IMG/VR virus record: IMGVR_UViG_3300035183_000460
Coordinates: 32,001 to 96,000 of that record
Source: a virus
Strand: one strand, 5' to 3'
DNA length: 64,000 bases
Shown here in pieces: positions 11,020 to 20,806 of this stretch. The notes beneath the pieces were generated by a model. It had not been told where the DNA came from, made no database searches, and was given only the letters and a program-made list of their open reading frames with translations. The position numbers and the translations under genes are program-made. Positions within the stretch are counted from its first letter, which is position 1. Every line of letters begins with the position of its first letter.

Positions 11020-11322
11020 ATGTCAGATATTATTATACAACCAATAAATAAATCAACTATTAACGCTAATATTAATAGTAAACCAATATATGCTATTTTC
11101 TTTGAAGGAAAGTCAAAGAAAATATTTCTAACAGTAGATAAACCAGATTTACAAATTTCTTACGTTTCTGCTAGAGGTATTTTTATAGAAAAAACAGAGG
11201 AGGAAATATTAAATAATTTTACAGAAATATTGACAAACATTTCCAAAGATGATATAGTAGAAATGATGTTTCCTTGGACAAAAATTTGTTCAATTAGAAA
11301 CTTGGTTTTTAAATCTAAATAA
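11020..11322 (+). CDS. Hypothetical protein
   Basis: SD ggag; operon-packed. Confidence 0.7.
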   Translation: MSDIIIQPINKSTINANINSKPIYAIFFEGKSKKIFLTVDKPDLQISYVSARGIFIEKTEEEILNNFTEILTNISKDDIVEMMFPWTKICSIRNLVFKSK

Positions 11323-11381
11323 TTAATTTAAATAATATTTATAGTAAAATAAAACATAATAATAAAGAAAGAGGTACTAAA

Positions 11382-11684
11382 ATGGTTAATAAAATGGTTA
11401 ATAATAGTAAAGCAAATGATAATCAAAATAATGTTTTAGATTTGATATTTAAAGGAGTTTTAACAATTTTGAAAAGAAAGAATACATGGGTTGGCACTAT
11501 GACACAGTTAAATGACTCTCTTGTAAGAGTTTTGGGAAAAAGGGTTTCTACAAGTTTACCAAAATCTCCTAGCGCTTTACGAGTATCATTAAACAAAACA
11601 TTAAATCGTTTAAGAAATAGAAGTATTAGTGTTAAATTTAGTCGCACAAATAGTGCCCGTTATGTTAAGTTTGTTAGTCGATAA
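11382..11684 (+). CDS. Small basic winged-helix-like DNA-binding protein
   Basis: WVGTMTQL...LPKSPSALRVSL..LNRLR..ISV resembles wHTH tails of phage primase/helicases; SD gaggt. Confidence 0.5.
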   Translation: MVNKMVNNSKANDNQNNVLDLIFKGVLTILKRKNTWVGTMTQLNDSLVRVLGKRVSTSLPKSPSALRVSLNKTLNRLRNRSISVKFSRTNSARYVKFVSR

Positions 11685-11732
11685 TCATATAGAGATAAGG
11701 TAATAAAAAGTTTTGTAAACTGGAGAAAAAAA

Positions 11733-12434
11733 ATGACTGTAATATATGGTGAAGTAGATTGGTCAGATGATAGTTTAGATTTTGGTGCAGATAGAAATTC
11801 TTTAAATAAAGATTTGTTTATGAGATTAAGTGATGGTGATAATGAACTTAGATTAATAACATCTCCATTTCAGTATTTGGTACATAAATATAAGAAAGAT
11901 CCAAACAATCCAAAAGATTATGGTAAGAAGATTATGTGTTCTTCTCCAGAAGGCAGGTGTCCATTATGTGAATTAGGTGATAAACAAAAACAAAGATGGT
12001 TTTTTGGAGTTATTGATAGAAAAACCAACACAACAAAAATTTTAGATGTTGGTCCAGGTGTTATGCAACATCTTAAGAAATTAGCTAGAAATCCAAAATT
12101 TGGAGATCCAACAAAATACGACATTAATATTGTCGTTGATGAAAAAGGTGGACCTGCCAATTACTATACTGTTCAAGCTTATCCTAAAGAACCTTTATCA
12201 GCTGAAGATCAACAAAAGAGAGATATGTTTAATGTTGATGATTTAAAGCGCAGAGTTACTCCACCATCTTATGAAAAAGTTAAAGAAATGCTTGATAAGA
12301 TTAATGCTGATTCTAATGTTTCCACTGTTCCACAATCACGTGAATTTCGTGCTAAATCACAAACATTAGCTTCTAGTGTAACTAATGATGATGATTTAGA
12401 TGAAGCTTTTCCTGCTTATAATGGAAACGCTTAA
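11733..12434 (+). CDS. Single-stranded DNA-binding protein (gp32-like)
   Basis: FMRL.DG.NELR, H..C..CPLC Zn site, FGDPTKYDI.I, acidic C-terminal tail. Confidence 0.75.
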   Translation: MTVIYGEVDWSDDSLDFGADRNSLNKDLFMRLSDGDNELRLITSPFQYLVHKYKKDPNNPKDYGKKIMCSSPEGRCPLCELGDKQKQRWFFGVIDRKTNTTKILDVGPGVMQHLKKLARNPKFGDPTKYDINIVVDEKGGPANYYTVQAYPKEPLSAEDQQKRDMFNVDDLKRRVTPPSYEKVKEMLDKINADSNVSTVPQSREFRAKSQTLASSVTNDDDLDEAFPAYNGNA

Positions 12435-12464
12435 TAATAATATATTTACCTTTACTTCCTTGTT

Positions 12465-12496
12465 AAGGACCAGAATTACATTGTTCTGGTCCTTTT
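12465..12496 (+). terminator. Rho-independent terminator
   Basis: aaggaccagaa-N8-ttctggtcctt stem followed by T-tract. Confidence 0.8.
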
Positions 12497-12560
12497 GTTA
12501 TTTTAACAAATACGTAAACATTAACTATAGTTAATAAATTAACTTTGATATATATCCAAT

Positions 12561-13124
12561 ATGATAAAAAGAATATTGGGTTTCGATGTATCAAGTACAA
12601 CTATAGGATATTGTACATTGGAATTAGATGAAAAAACAAATAATATTATATTTGTAAATTGTAATTTCATTAAACCAATTAAAAAAGGTTCTATAATTGA
12701 ACGAATAGTAGATACTAGGAATAAATTACAGAAAATTATTGAATCAATAGAGCCTGATTATATTGTAATTGAAGATATTATAAAATTCATGAAAGGTAAT
12801 AGTACTGCTCAAACTATTATAACACTAACTACGTTTAATAGAATGCTTTGTCTGTTGTCTTATGATTATCTAGGTAAATCTCCAAAATTGTTTAATGTTA
12901 TGTCTATTAGACATGGTATAAAAATAGATAAAATTTTGCCAAAAAAAGAACAAATACCAGAACTTGTATCCTATCATTTAGGAATTACATTTCCGTATAA
13001 ATATAATAAATTTGGTAAAATAAAAAATGAAAGCTATGATATGGCTGACGCAATTGCTGTTGCCTTATATTATGCTTTTATTTTATCTAAAAAAATAAAG
13101 GTGAAAAGAAATGAATTTATCTGA
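12561..13124 (+). CDS. ruvC: Holliday junction resolvase, RuvC-like
   Basis: ILGFDVSSTTIG, IVIED, DMADAIAVA catalytic acidic motifs. Confidence 0.85.
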   Translation: MIKRILGFDVSSTTIGYCTLELDEKTNNIIFVNCNFIKPIKKGSIIERIVDTRNKLQKIIESIEPDYIVIEDIIKFMKGNSTAQTIITLTTFNRMLCLLSYDYLGKSPKLFNVMSIRHGIKIDKILPKKEQIPELVSYHLGITFPYKYNKFGKIKNESYDMADAIAVALYYAFILSKKIKVKRNEFI

Positions 13125-14103
13125 AGCTTATAAAACTCTTGGATTATCTAAAGATGCTTCTCCAGAAGAAGCAAAAAAAAGATATAGAGAATTAACTAAA
13201 AAATATCATCCAGATGTAAATAAAGAACCTGATGCTGAAGAAAAATTTAAAAAAATAAATGAAGCTTATGAAATAATTAAATCTGGAAAAGATGATACTG
13301 TTATTGATCCATATGGTCAACGTGCATATCAAGATGTTATTAATATTTCAGATGTTCTTAATATAAACAATATAAGAAGAAAACAATCAAAATCAAAAGG
13401 TGTTAGATATGAAACAGACATATCATTACATACTACAATATCATTTAAGGAATCTGTTTTAGGTTGTAAAAAGAATTTTACTTATAAAAGAAAACTAAAG
13501 TGTGATTTATGTGGTGGTGATGGTTCATCACCAATTCATAATGGATGTACACAATGTAATGGTACCGGATTTATTACATCTATATATGGTAATATGATTA
13601 GTCAATCAACATGTAATAAATGTATGGGAAGACAACAAACTGAGGATTGTAAAAAGTGTAATACTACAGGTTTTTTGGAAGTTGATACATCTATTTCTAT
13701 TTCTATTCCTGCTGGTATTTTGGATGGTCAAATATTAAGATTACGACATATGGGAAATTACGCAGGTTATATAAATAATCTATTTAATGAAACAGATATA
13801 TATACAAATGCAAATTTGTTAGTTAATGTTGAAAAAATATCAGGACTTAGTATTGAAAATGAAGACGTAGTATCAATGATTAACATTTCTCTATTAGAAG
13901 CATTAGAAGGATGCACAAAATCAATTGAAACTATAGACGGCAATGTTGATGTATCAATTCCACAAAAAACTAAAAATAAAGATGAAGTTATATTACCAAA
14001 ATTAGGAGTAAATAGGAAAGGAAATCATCGCGTTATAATAAATATTGAATATCCTTCAAATATAGATAATTTAATTAGTTACTTAAAAAGTGAAACTGTA
14101 TAA
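13111..14103 (+). CDS. dnaJ: DnaJ co-chaperone
   Basis: J domain with HPD; four CxxCxGxG-type repeats; DnaJ C domains. Confidence 0.92.
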   Translation: MNLSEAYKTLGLSKDASPEEAKKRYRELTKKYHPDVNKEPDAEEKFKKINEAYEIIKSGKDDTVIDPYGQRAYQDVINISDVLNINNIRRKQSKSKGVRYETDISLHTTISFKESVLGCKKNFTYKRKLKCDLCGGDGSSPIHNGCTQCNGTGFITSIYGNMISQSTCNKCMGRQQTEDCKKCNTTGFLEVDTSISISIPAGILDGQILRLRHMGNYAGYINNLFNETDIYTNANLLVNVEKISGLSIENEDVVSMINISLLEALEGCTKSIETIDGNVDVSIPQKTKNKDEVILPKLGVNRKGNHRVIINIEYPSNIDNLISYLKSETV

Positions 14104-14428
14104 TGGGTATAATAATCAATTGTATTACTTGTAAGAAAAGTACAGAGCCAATATTGGATAAAATTACTAATAAGGTATATTGTTCTGTTTGTGATACTGA
14201 AATATCAGTCAGTCACTTTGTTAAAGTTCAACTTAAGGATTTAAAACAATATAGAAATAAAAAAAATCGTTTGCCGTTAAATGCTTGCACTGTAATAATG
14301 AAACAACACCTGTACAAATAGACAATGATATTCTATGCGGTGCTTGCAATAAGCCGTTATCAAATATTACTGCTATTTTTAAAAAAATGTTAATTGAAAA
14401 TTTAAATAAGTTAAAAGAAGATATTTAA
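14103..14428 (+). CDS. Double Zn-ribbon protein requiring a -1 shift at A8 (14259-14266)
   Basis: 0 frame CITC..CSVC; -1 frame continues SFAVKCLHC...CGAC...EDI* to TAA 14426-14428, abutting the primase ATG. Confidence 0.7.
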
Positions 14429-15187
14429 ATGAATACATTTGACTCAATAGTTGAAAAATGTTCTTATTTATTAAATAATTGTGAAGTAGCATCAGAATAT
14501 CTAAGTTATTTGGATACAAGATTATCTAAGGAAAGTCAAGCTAAATTTAATTTTGGATATTTTCCAGATTCAAAACATTTGAATGTTTTGCTATCTTTGG
14601 TTAGCAAAGAACAATTACAAGATTTATCTCTTTTATATCTAAAAGAGATAAATGATACTCAATCATTTAGAAGTGTATTAGTATCCTACTTCGAACATCA
14701 TCAGTTAATTCTTCCTTATAGAGATGTTTATGGAAACATTATTGCTTTAGTTGGTAGAACATTATTAGATGATGATAGTAGAAAAGCATTAAATATAGCA
14801 AAATATAAAAATACTATATTTAAAAAATCGTATCATTTGTTTGGTCTGTATGAATCTAAGGAAAGTATTTTAAAGAACAATCATGTATATGTAGTTGAAG
14901 GACAGTTTGATGTAATTAAAGCGCATGAAAAGGGTTTGACAAATGTTGTTGCACTTGGAAGCTCCAATATGTCAGCATATCAATTTTCTCTTATATTAAG
15001 ATATACTAACAATATTATTCTATTATTAGATAATGATGAAGCAGGGTTGAATGGTAGAAAGAAAATTGTAGAAAAATTTGGAAAGTTTGCATCTATTAGA
15101 CAGTTTTATGTACCAAGTCAATTTAAAGATATAGATGAATATTGTAGTGATCCTAATTTTTCAAATTTTTCTTTTGATTTAAAATAA
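14429..15187 (+). CDS. dnaG: DNA primase catalytic core (TOPRIM), lacking the Zn-binding domain
   Basis: FNFGYFP, LILPYRD..G.IIALVGR, KYKN, VVEGQFDVI, LLDNDEAG, KDIDE. Confidence 0.9.
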   Translation: MNTFDSIVEKCSYLLNNCEVASEYLSYLDTRLSKESQAKFNFGYFPDSKHLNVLLSLVSKEQLQDLSLLYLKEINDTQSFRSVLVSYFEHHQLILPYRDVYGNIIALVGRTLLDDDSRKALNIAKYKNTIFKKSYHLFGLYESKESILKNNHVYVVEGQFDVIKAHEKGLTNVVALGSSNMSAYQFSLILRYTNNIILLLDNDEAGLNGRKKIVEKFGKFASIRQFYVPSQFKDIDEYCSDPNFSNFSFDLK

Positions 15188-15252
15188 GAATACATATATC
15201 ATTCTAATGATATATAATATTCTGATATATGATGATTATAAGAAATTGTTAA

Positions 15253-15693
15253 ATGGAAAAACGTAAAAATAGATCTGATAGTTATCAATACTTGTTATTA
15301 GAAACGGTTTGTTCCAATGATATGATGGAATCTTTTTGTAATGCAGATAGCATATCTGCAAGACTTAATCCGTTTCAATATAATGAAGATTTGATTGATT
15401 TGGAAGAACAGCTTAAGAAAGAATTCTGGAGAATAGTAGATAACCTATTGACTCCTCGTCAAAGAGAAGTAATTAGGTTGTATGCTGATGGCTATACTCA
15501 GATGGAAATAGCTAAAATTTTAAATGTTAATCAATCATCAATAACAAAATCATTAAACGGTAACGTTGATTACAAAAATGGTAAAAAAATATATGGTGGT
15601 GCCAGGAAAAAGATAAGGAAAATCATAGAGAATGATGAAAAGATTAAATCTATACTTAAGCAGATGGCTGAAGTTCGTGAAGAAAAATGGTAA
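15253..15693 (+). CDS. Sigma70 region-4/LuxR-type HTH protein (phage sigma-like)
   Basis: LTPRQREVIRLYADGYTQMEIAKILNVNQSSI. Confidence 0.75.
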   Translation: MEKRKNRSDSYQYLLLETVCSNDMMESFCNADSISARLNPFQYNEDLIDLEEQLKKEFWRIVDNLLTPRQREVIRLYADGYTQMEIAKILNVNQSSITKSLNGNVDYKNGKKIYGGARKKIRKIIENDEKIKSILKQMAEVREEKW

Positions 15694-15729
15694 ATTAAAT
15701 AATATGTAATCAATTGTACACTGATTTAT

Positions 15730-15776
15730 GATCTTATGCCAAGAAAACCACCAGCCTTGTGCTGGTGGTAATTGAC
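15730..15776 (+). mobile_element. 47-bp IS200/IS605 mini-remnant (probable LE/RE hybrid, PATE-like)
   Basis: After TTTAT; identical to 8013-8050, then diverges to gtaattgac, resembling an IS605 right-end terminus. Confidence 0.75.
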
Positions 15777-15813
15777 ATATTTAGTGTAGCATGTTGTTTA
15801 AATAGGAATACTG

Positions 15814-16692
15814 GTGACCGAAAGACTAGATAAATGTACTATTTATGTGCTTACTAATGAAGTTAATGGTAAAATATATATTGGACAAAGTTGGTACCCA
15901 TTAAATATACGTATGGGTAAATATGGTGAAAATTATAAACATTCTATTTATTTGTATAATGCTATTAAAAAATATGGAGCTGATAAGTTTAAGTATGATA
16001 TCTTAGATGTTTGTTATGATCAAGATACAGCTGATTTTTTAGAAAATTTTTATATTGAAAAATATAATAGTAGGGATCATAATATTGGTTATAATATAAA
16101 AACAGGCGGTAATGCAGGATGTCATTCTGAAGAGACTAAGGCAAAGATATCTGCCACATTAAAATACAAAGCGTCTTTATGGACACAAGAAGAATTAGCT
16201 AGAAGATCGGAATGTATTGCTGGTTGGTGGGCAGGTAAAAAGAGGGGTCCACATACAGAAAAACGTAAAGAAGAAAATTCAACGAGAATGAAAGAGTGGC
16301 ATGCCAATCATGTTCATCCAATGTTGGGTAAACATCATTCAGAAGAAGCTAAACTTAATATAAGTAAGAAAAATACTGGCAGAAAATTTGATCCTGAAGT
16401 TATTAACAAAAGAAGATTAAAGCTAATGATGAATTTTCACAGAGAACAAAAGATTGTTAACGCTTACAAAAATGGTAAAACTATTTCTGATATAGAAGAA
16501 GAATTTAATACATGTAGATCTAGTATCTATAGAATTATTAAACGAAATAATATACCTTGTAATAGTAAGCGTAATACTTGGGCTGGTAGAAAGCACTCTG
16601 AAGAAACTAAAAAGAAAATGTCTATAGCTAGAAAAAACTATTGGAAATATAAAAAAGGAGATTTAAATCAATCACCAGCAGAACAAGCCTAA
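15814..16692 (+). CDS. GIY-YIG homing endonuclease with NUMOD3 repeats and HTH
   Basis: TIYVLTN.VNGKIYIGQS; GYNIKTGG; three HSEE(T/A)K.KIS NUMOD3 motifs. Confidence 0.9.
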   Translation: MTERLDKCTIYVLTNEVNGKIYIGQSWYPLNIRMGKYGENYKHSIYLYNAIKKYGADKFKYDILDVCYDQDTADFLENFYIEKYNSRDHNIGYNIKTGGNAGCHSEETKAKISATLKYKASLWTQEELARRSECIAGWWAGKKRGPHTEKRKEENSTRMKEWHANHVHPMLGKHHSEEAKLNISKKNTGRKFDPEVINKRRLKLMMNFHREQKIVNAYKNGKTISDIEEEFNTCRSSIYRIIKRNNIPCNSKRNTWAGRKHSEETKKKMSIARKNYWKYKKGDLNQSPAEQA

Positions 16693-17035
16693 TAATTTGT
16701 AATTATCATCACTTACGATACTATTGGTTGATTTGTCTACTATAGTATAGATTAATATATAGATATATAAGTATAATTTTGAATATTATCTTAATTGTAT
16801 ATTAATTTGAGACATATATAAGTATATTTGTTGATCTTAAATAATAAATGAAGCAGTCAATATTTGTTATTGTTAATAAACAAATCGTAACAATTATAAG
16901 ATAAAGGTAGTATGTATAGTGCTAATTTACTGGTAATAAAATGGAATGTATGTATACTAAAATTATAAATAAAGTTAATATTATTATCAATATTACTTTA
17001 TCTAATATAGGGTATTTTCCATTTATGGAGATGTA

Positions 17036-17506
17036 ATGTCAAAATTTTCTGTTGATTATAAATCAGTTGAGGACAAATTATATAAAAAAGTTTATAGGTT
17101 ATCAGAAGTTAATGATAAAATAGAAAAGGTGGCTTTTGATATAGTTAGATTTCGTGATGATGATAATGCTAGTAAGCTCTGGCAAATTCATAGTGCTGAT
17201 GATGGCGATTATATAGTTGCATTATATGATACAGAAGAGGATGTCGTTAAAACTGCAAGCGAAAAATCTAAATGGTCTGTAAGTATTAATAAAATATCAA
17301 AGGATTTAAATGTTTATTATAATGGAGATCCTATTGTTAGGCTATCTTCAGATTCTTTAGGTATTCCAGAATCAGAAATTCATTTAACAGCGCGTTATTT
17401 GCCGTCTAGATTATCAGAAAATAAGAAGTTAGTACGTGCTTTATTAAATAATTTGGATGAATTAACTAAAAAAGATGTATTAAGTAAATACCCAGAGTTG
17501 TTTTAA
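17036..17506 (+). CDS. Conserved hypothetical, head module (VVKTAS motif)
   Basis: SD ggag; first gene of the late block. Confidence 0.75.
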   Translation: MSKFSVDYKSVEDKLYKKVYRLSEVNDKIEKVAFDIVRFRDDDNASKLWQIHSADDGDYIVALYDTEEDVVKTASEKSKWSVSINKISKDLNVYYNGDPIVRLSSDSLGIPESEIHLTARYLPSRLSENKKLVRALLNNLDELTKKDVLSKYPELF

Positions 17507-17526
17507 GTTTTTGAAATAGGTGTGCA

Positions 17527-19143
17527 ATGGACATTGATAAAATCAATAAATTAACTGTTTCGCTGTCAAAGACAATCGAAGATAATCAAAAATTGGCTTT
17601 ACCTATTCTTTCAGCAAAGTTAAATAAATTAGCAAAATCATATCCCAACGATCAAACAATTTTAGCAATATCTAATATTGTTGATAAATTATCAGATAAA
17701 CAGTTTTTTATTACAAGAGCAGAATTAAAAAAGTTATACAATACACTTTATTCTAGAAATACAAAATTTGCAGAATTTTTTGTTGATGAATTAGGTAAAA
17801 TAGATAACGCACCTGCATCACCTACATTATATAAACGTGATTCTAGCTCTAATAATGAGCTAAATATATCTAAATTTGGAGATGCTGTTTTAGCATCTGC
17901 ATTAGAAAGTGTTTTTGATAAAACTATACCACTTAAAAATTATTCTAAAGATGCAGCTACAAAGGCAATAAAATCTGTTACATCTATTTTAGATTCTTGG
18001 AATTTAAAAGCCGCACATATTGATGTTGCGAATGGAAATGAAAAATTTTTAGTTGTTAGAGCAGAATATCATACACCTAAAGGTTCTACCAGCTTTTATA
18101 TACCAGTAGAGGTTAACAATAATGATATATCTGAACCAGATATATTCATGGGTAATACTGGACCTAAAACGTTAAATTATACAAATATTAAAGAATATTT
18201 AACGCAATTTGCTGGAGATAAGTTAAAGATCAAAGCTGATGAAATGTTAGATGTGTTAGTCTCTGTTGCATCTAGTAATAGAAAGATTTCGGATGCTGAA
18301 ATAGCACTTATTAAATTAAATGCTAATAAAAAATCTAGTTTGGGAGAATTTGGTAATCAAATAATTGGACAACGTGTAGAAGAAAAACCTGTCTCTGATA
18401 TTAAAACTGATAGATCTGAAGAATCATTCTGTTTTGAGAAAAAATTTAATTCTCCGTTTGGTATTGCATCTATTAATTTTGGACAAGATAAAGTTAAATT
18501 AGGCAGTGATTTGGTATCAAGACATTTGAAATCATTTGGTTACGATAATCATCGTATTACTGTAAATAGTTCTGACTCTAATACTATTTTTTATGGTGTA
18601 TCACTAGATTGTGGAAGAGTTGCATTTACCGTTCCGGTTAAAGTTGCCTCTAATAAGGTTTTTGAACCAACTGTATTATTGTGTGAAGGTTCAATTTCTC
18701 CATTTTCATCTAAAACAATTAATAAGTTATATATGGAAAATATTACTGATTCTAGGATTGCAGCAACCGCTTCTGCACAATATGGTCTAAAACCAAGTGA
18801 ACTTATTGATAATATAAGAAATGCTGTTAAAAATAATAATTTTGCTAGCGCAGAGGATTCTTTAAATGTGTTGAGAAATTATGGAGACGAAAAAGCTTAT
18901 GCTATTGGATTTAAAATTTATTCAAGTGCATTAGCTGGCAATATTCCATCTGGACCAGAAGAATCAGGATGTTCGCATACAATTAAATCTTCTAACAATC
19001 AGGTTCCAGTTTGTGTACATACTGGATTACCAATAAATAAAGTGTATCAAGATAAGTATGGAAATTGTCGTCCACTTTATCGTAAAGGTATGGATGAATC
19101 TTACGAAGGCGCTTACTTTATGAATCATAAGATTTTTGGATAA
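17527..19143 (+). CDS. Hypothetical protein with internal repeat and C-terminal Cys/His cluster
   Basis: SFYIPVEV...EP / AFTVPVKV...EP duplication; C..C.HTG...C. Confidence 0.75.
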   Translation: MDIDKINKLTVSLSKTIEDNQKLALPILSAKLNKLAKSYPNDQTILAISNIVDKLSDKQFFITRAELKKLYNTLYSRNTKFAEFFVDELGKIDNAPASPTLYKRDSSSNNELNISKFGDAVLASALESVFDKTIPLKNYSKDAATKAIKSVTSILDSWNLKAAHIDVANGNEKFLVVRAEYHTPKGSTSFYIPVEVNNNDISEPDIFMGNTGPKTLNYTNIKEYLTQFAGDKLKIKADEMLDVLVSVASSNRKISDAEIALIKLNANKKSSLGEFGNQIIGQRVEEKPVSDIKTDRSEESFCFEKKFNSPFGIASINFGQDKVKLGSDLVSRHLKSFGYDNHRITVNSSDSNTIFYGVSLDCGRVAFTVPVKVASNKVFEPTVLLCEGSISPFSSKTINKLYMENITDSRIAATASAQYGLKPSELIDNIRNAVKNNNFASAEDSLNVLRNYGDEKAYAIGFKIYSSALAGNIPSGPEESGCSHTIKSSNNQVPVCVHTGLPINKVYQDKYGNCRPLYRKGMDESYEGAYFMNHKIFG

Positions 19144-19146
19144 AAT

Positions 19147-19932
19147 ATGAAAACAGTTGTATTAGGAAGATTTTTTGAAAACAAATATTTTAGATCAAAC
19201 GCATCTTCTATAAGAGAAGTTATTTATGATATTAAAAAAGATCTAATTAATGCATATAAAAATTATGTATCTGGCAGCTCAGCAAAAGAACCTATATTAC
19301 AAATGTTAGCAGATGCTGGTGAGCCATTTAGTGTTTCATTTATTCATGAAATGGATAAAATGATTGCCAATATTGATACATTGGCAGAAACTCCATATTT
19401 ATTATTTAGACATTTAAATAAAATGTTGGAAATGATTACACAAGTTAAAGAGGATAATTCTGTAAGAGAATTTATACATAATGCAGTTCGTGTTACTAAA
19501 CAATCAGAAAAGAATTATAGAGAACATGTAAAATCTAAATTTGAGATGGTTTTAAGTAGGCTATCTTCTATATTAGAAAATAAAGCTAAAATTTTAAGAT
19601 CTTTTTTGTCAGAATCGGAGTCATTAAAGGGAGGTAGAACTTTACCAAAAAGAAAAGAATTAAGTCGTGATAAATTATTAATGTTTTCGTACACTCCTGC
19701 TGCAGAAAAATATGGACTAGATTCATTAGATGTTTTATCTAAATTATTAGAATATCCAGAAACTAAAGAAGCTTTGACAACTCTAATTAATGCTATAGAT
19801 AGAGGACACATTCCACGTGATGGAGCTAAAATTATGGAAGAAACGAAAGCTATTAGAGAAATGTTTGATACAATTAGTTCTAATAATGAAGATTTTTTGA
19901 AAAATCGTAATTTTACTATAAAAAACAACTAA
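19147..19932 (+). CDS. Hypothetical protein
   Basis: Operon-packed ORF. Confidence 0.7.
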   Translation: MKTVVLGRFFENKYFRSNASSIREVIYDIKKDLINAYKNYVSGSSAKEPILQMLADAGEPFSVSFIHEMDKMIANIDTLAETPYLLFRHLNKMLEMITQVKEDNSVREFIHNAVRVTKQSEKNYREHVKSKFEMVLSRLSSILENKAKILRSFLSESESLKGGRTLPKRKELSRDKLLMFSYTPAAEKYGLDSLDVLSKLLEYPETKEALTTLINAIDRGHIPRDGAKIMEETKAIREMFDTISSNNEDFLKNRNFTIKNN

Positions 19933-20063
19933 ATAAATTATAACAAGATATTAAAGATGTTTTTAAAAATATATGAAGAGGTAAACAATAATATATTGTA
20001 ATATTTGTATGCAGTTAATTATATAAAATTATATAATATATAAGTATTACTAAAGAGGTATTT

Positions 20064-20777
20064 ATGAGGATTTCTGAAATGTTATATACAATTGCTTCTT
20101 GGTTAGAAAGTCCAAATAATGAAGCTATATTACTTTCTGAATATGATGATGATTGTTTAAAAATTGTTGCCTCTTCTTGTGTTGAAGCTGCAGCTTGCTT
20201 ACGTAAAGCAGCTTTAGAAGTAGATAATATAGAGCCAGTTGAATCAACTAATTTAACTCCTGAATCATTAGATAGATTGGCTGATATAGCTACTGCTTTT
20301 GATGAATCTGGAGATCCAGAATTACAGAAGCAAGCATCTGCAATTGATGAATTATTATTTACAATTGCTTCACCTCCTAACTTAATGGAAAATAAAAAAA
20401 GAGCAGAAGATAATCGTTTAGAAGAATTGAAAAAAAAATATCATGATTCAGTAGAAGAATTAAAAAAAATTAATGATATAAATGAGTCTGAAAAAAAAAT
20501 TAAAGAGAGCGGATTAACTAAAGATTATAATATTTTAGAAGCTCCTTTGAGTTCACGTTGTTGTCCAGATCATCCAGGCGTTCAAATGGCTAGGGTTGGT
20601 GATGATATGTGGCAATGTTCTTTAGATAAGAAGATATATAATTATAGTACAGGTTATACATTACAAAATGGATCAAAGGTTCCTGGTGGAAGTGTAGCAA
20701 ATCAAACACAAACTTTGCAAAATTATCATGCAATTTTTGATACTAGAGAATCTCGTTTAGGTGGATTTAAACCTTAA
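20064..20777 (+). CDS. Putative head-associated protein (A..FD..G motif; CPDH..C Zn site)
   Basis: SD gaggt; LADIATAFDESG..LQKQASAID. Confidence 0.7.
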   Translation: MRISEMLYTIASWLESPNNEAILLSEYDDDCLKIVASSCVEAAACLRKAALEVDNIEPVESTNLTPESLDRLADIATAFDESGDPELQKQASAIDELLFTIASPPNLMENKKRAEDNRLEELKKKYHDSVEELKKINDINESEKKIKESGLTKDYNILEAPLSSRCCPDHPGVQMARVGDDMWQCSLDKKIYNYSTGYTLQNGSKVPGGSVANQTQTLQNYHAIFDTRESRLGGFKP

Positions 20778-20806
20778 TTTTAAATGTTTAGTAAAAATGA
20801 ACCTTA

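Noticed and set aside
16672-16690. tcaccagcagaacaagcc as an IS right end closing a GIY-YIG cargo element
   Set aside because: Only 7 bp (caccagc) match and no complementary arm forms a hairpin
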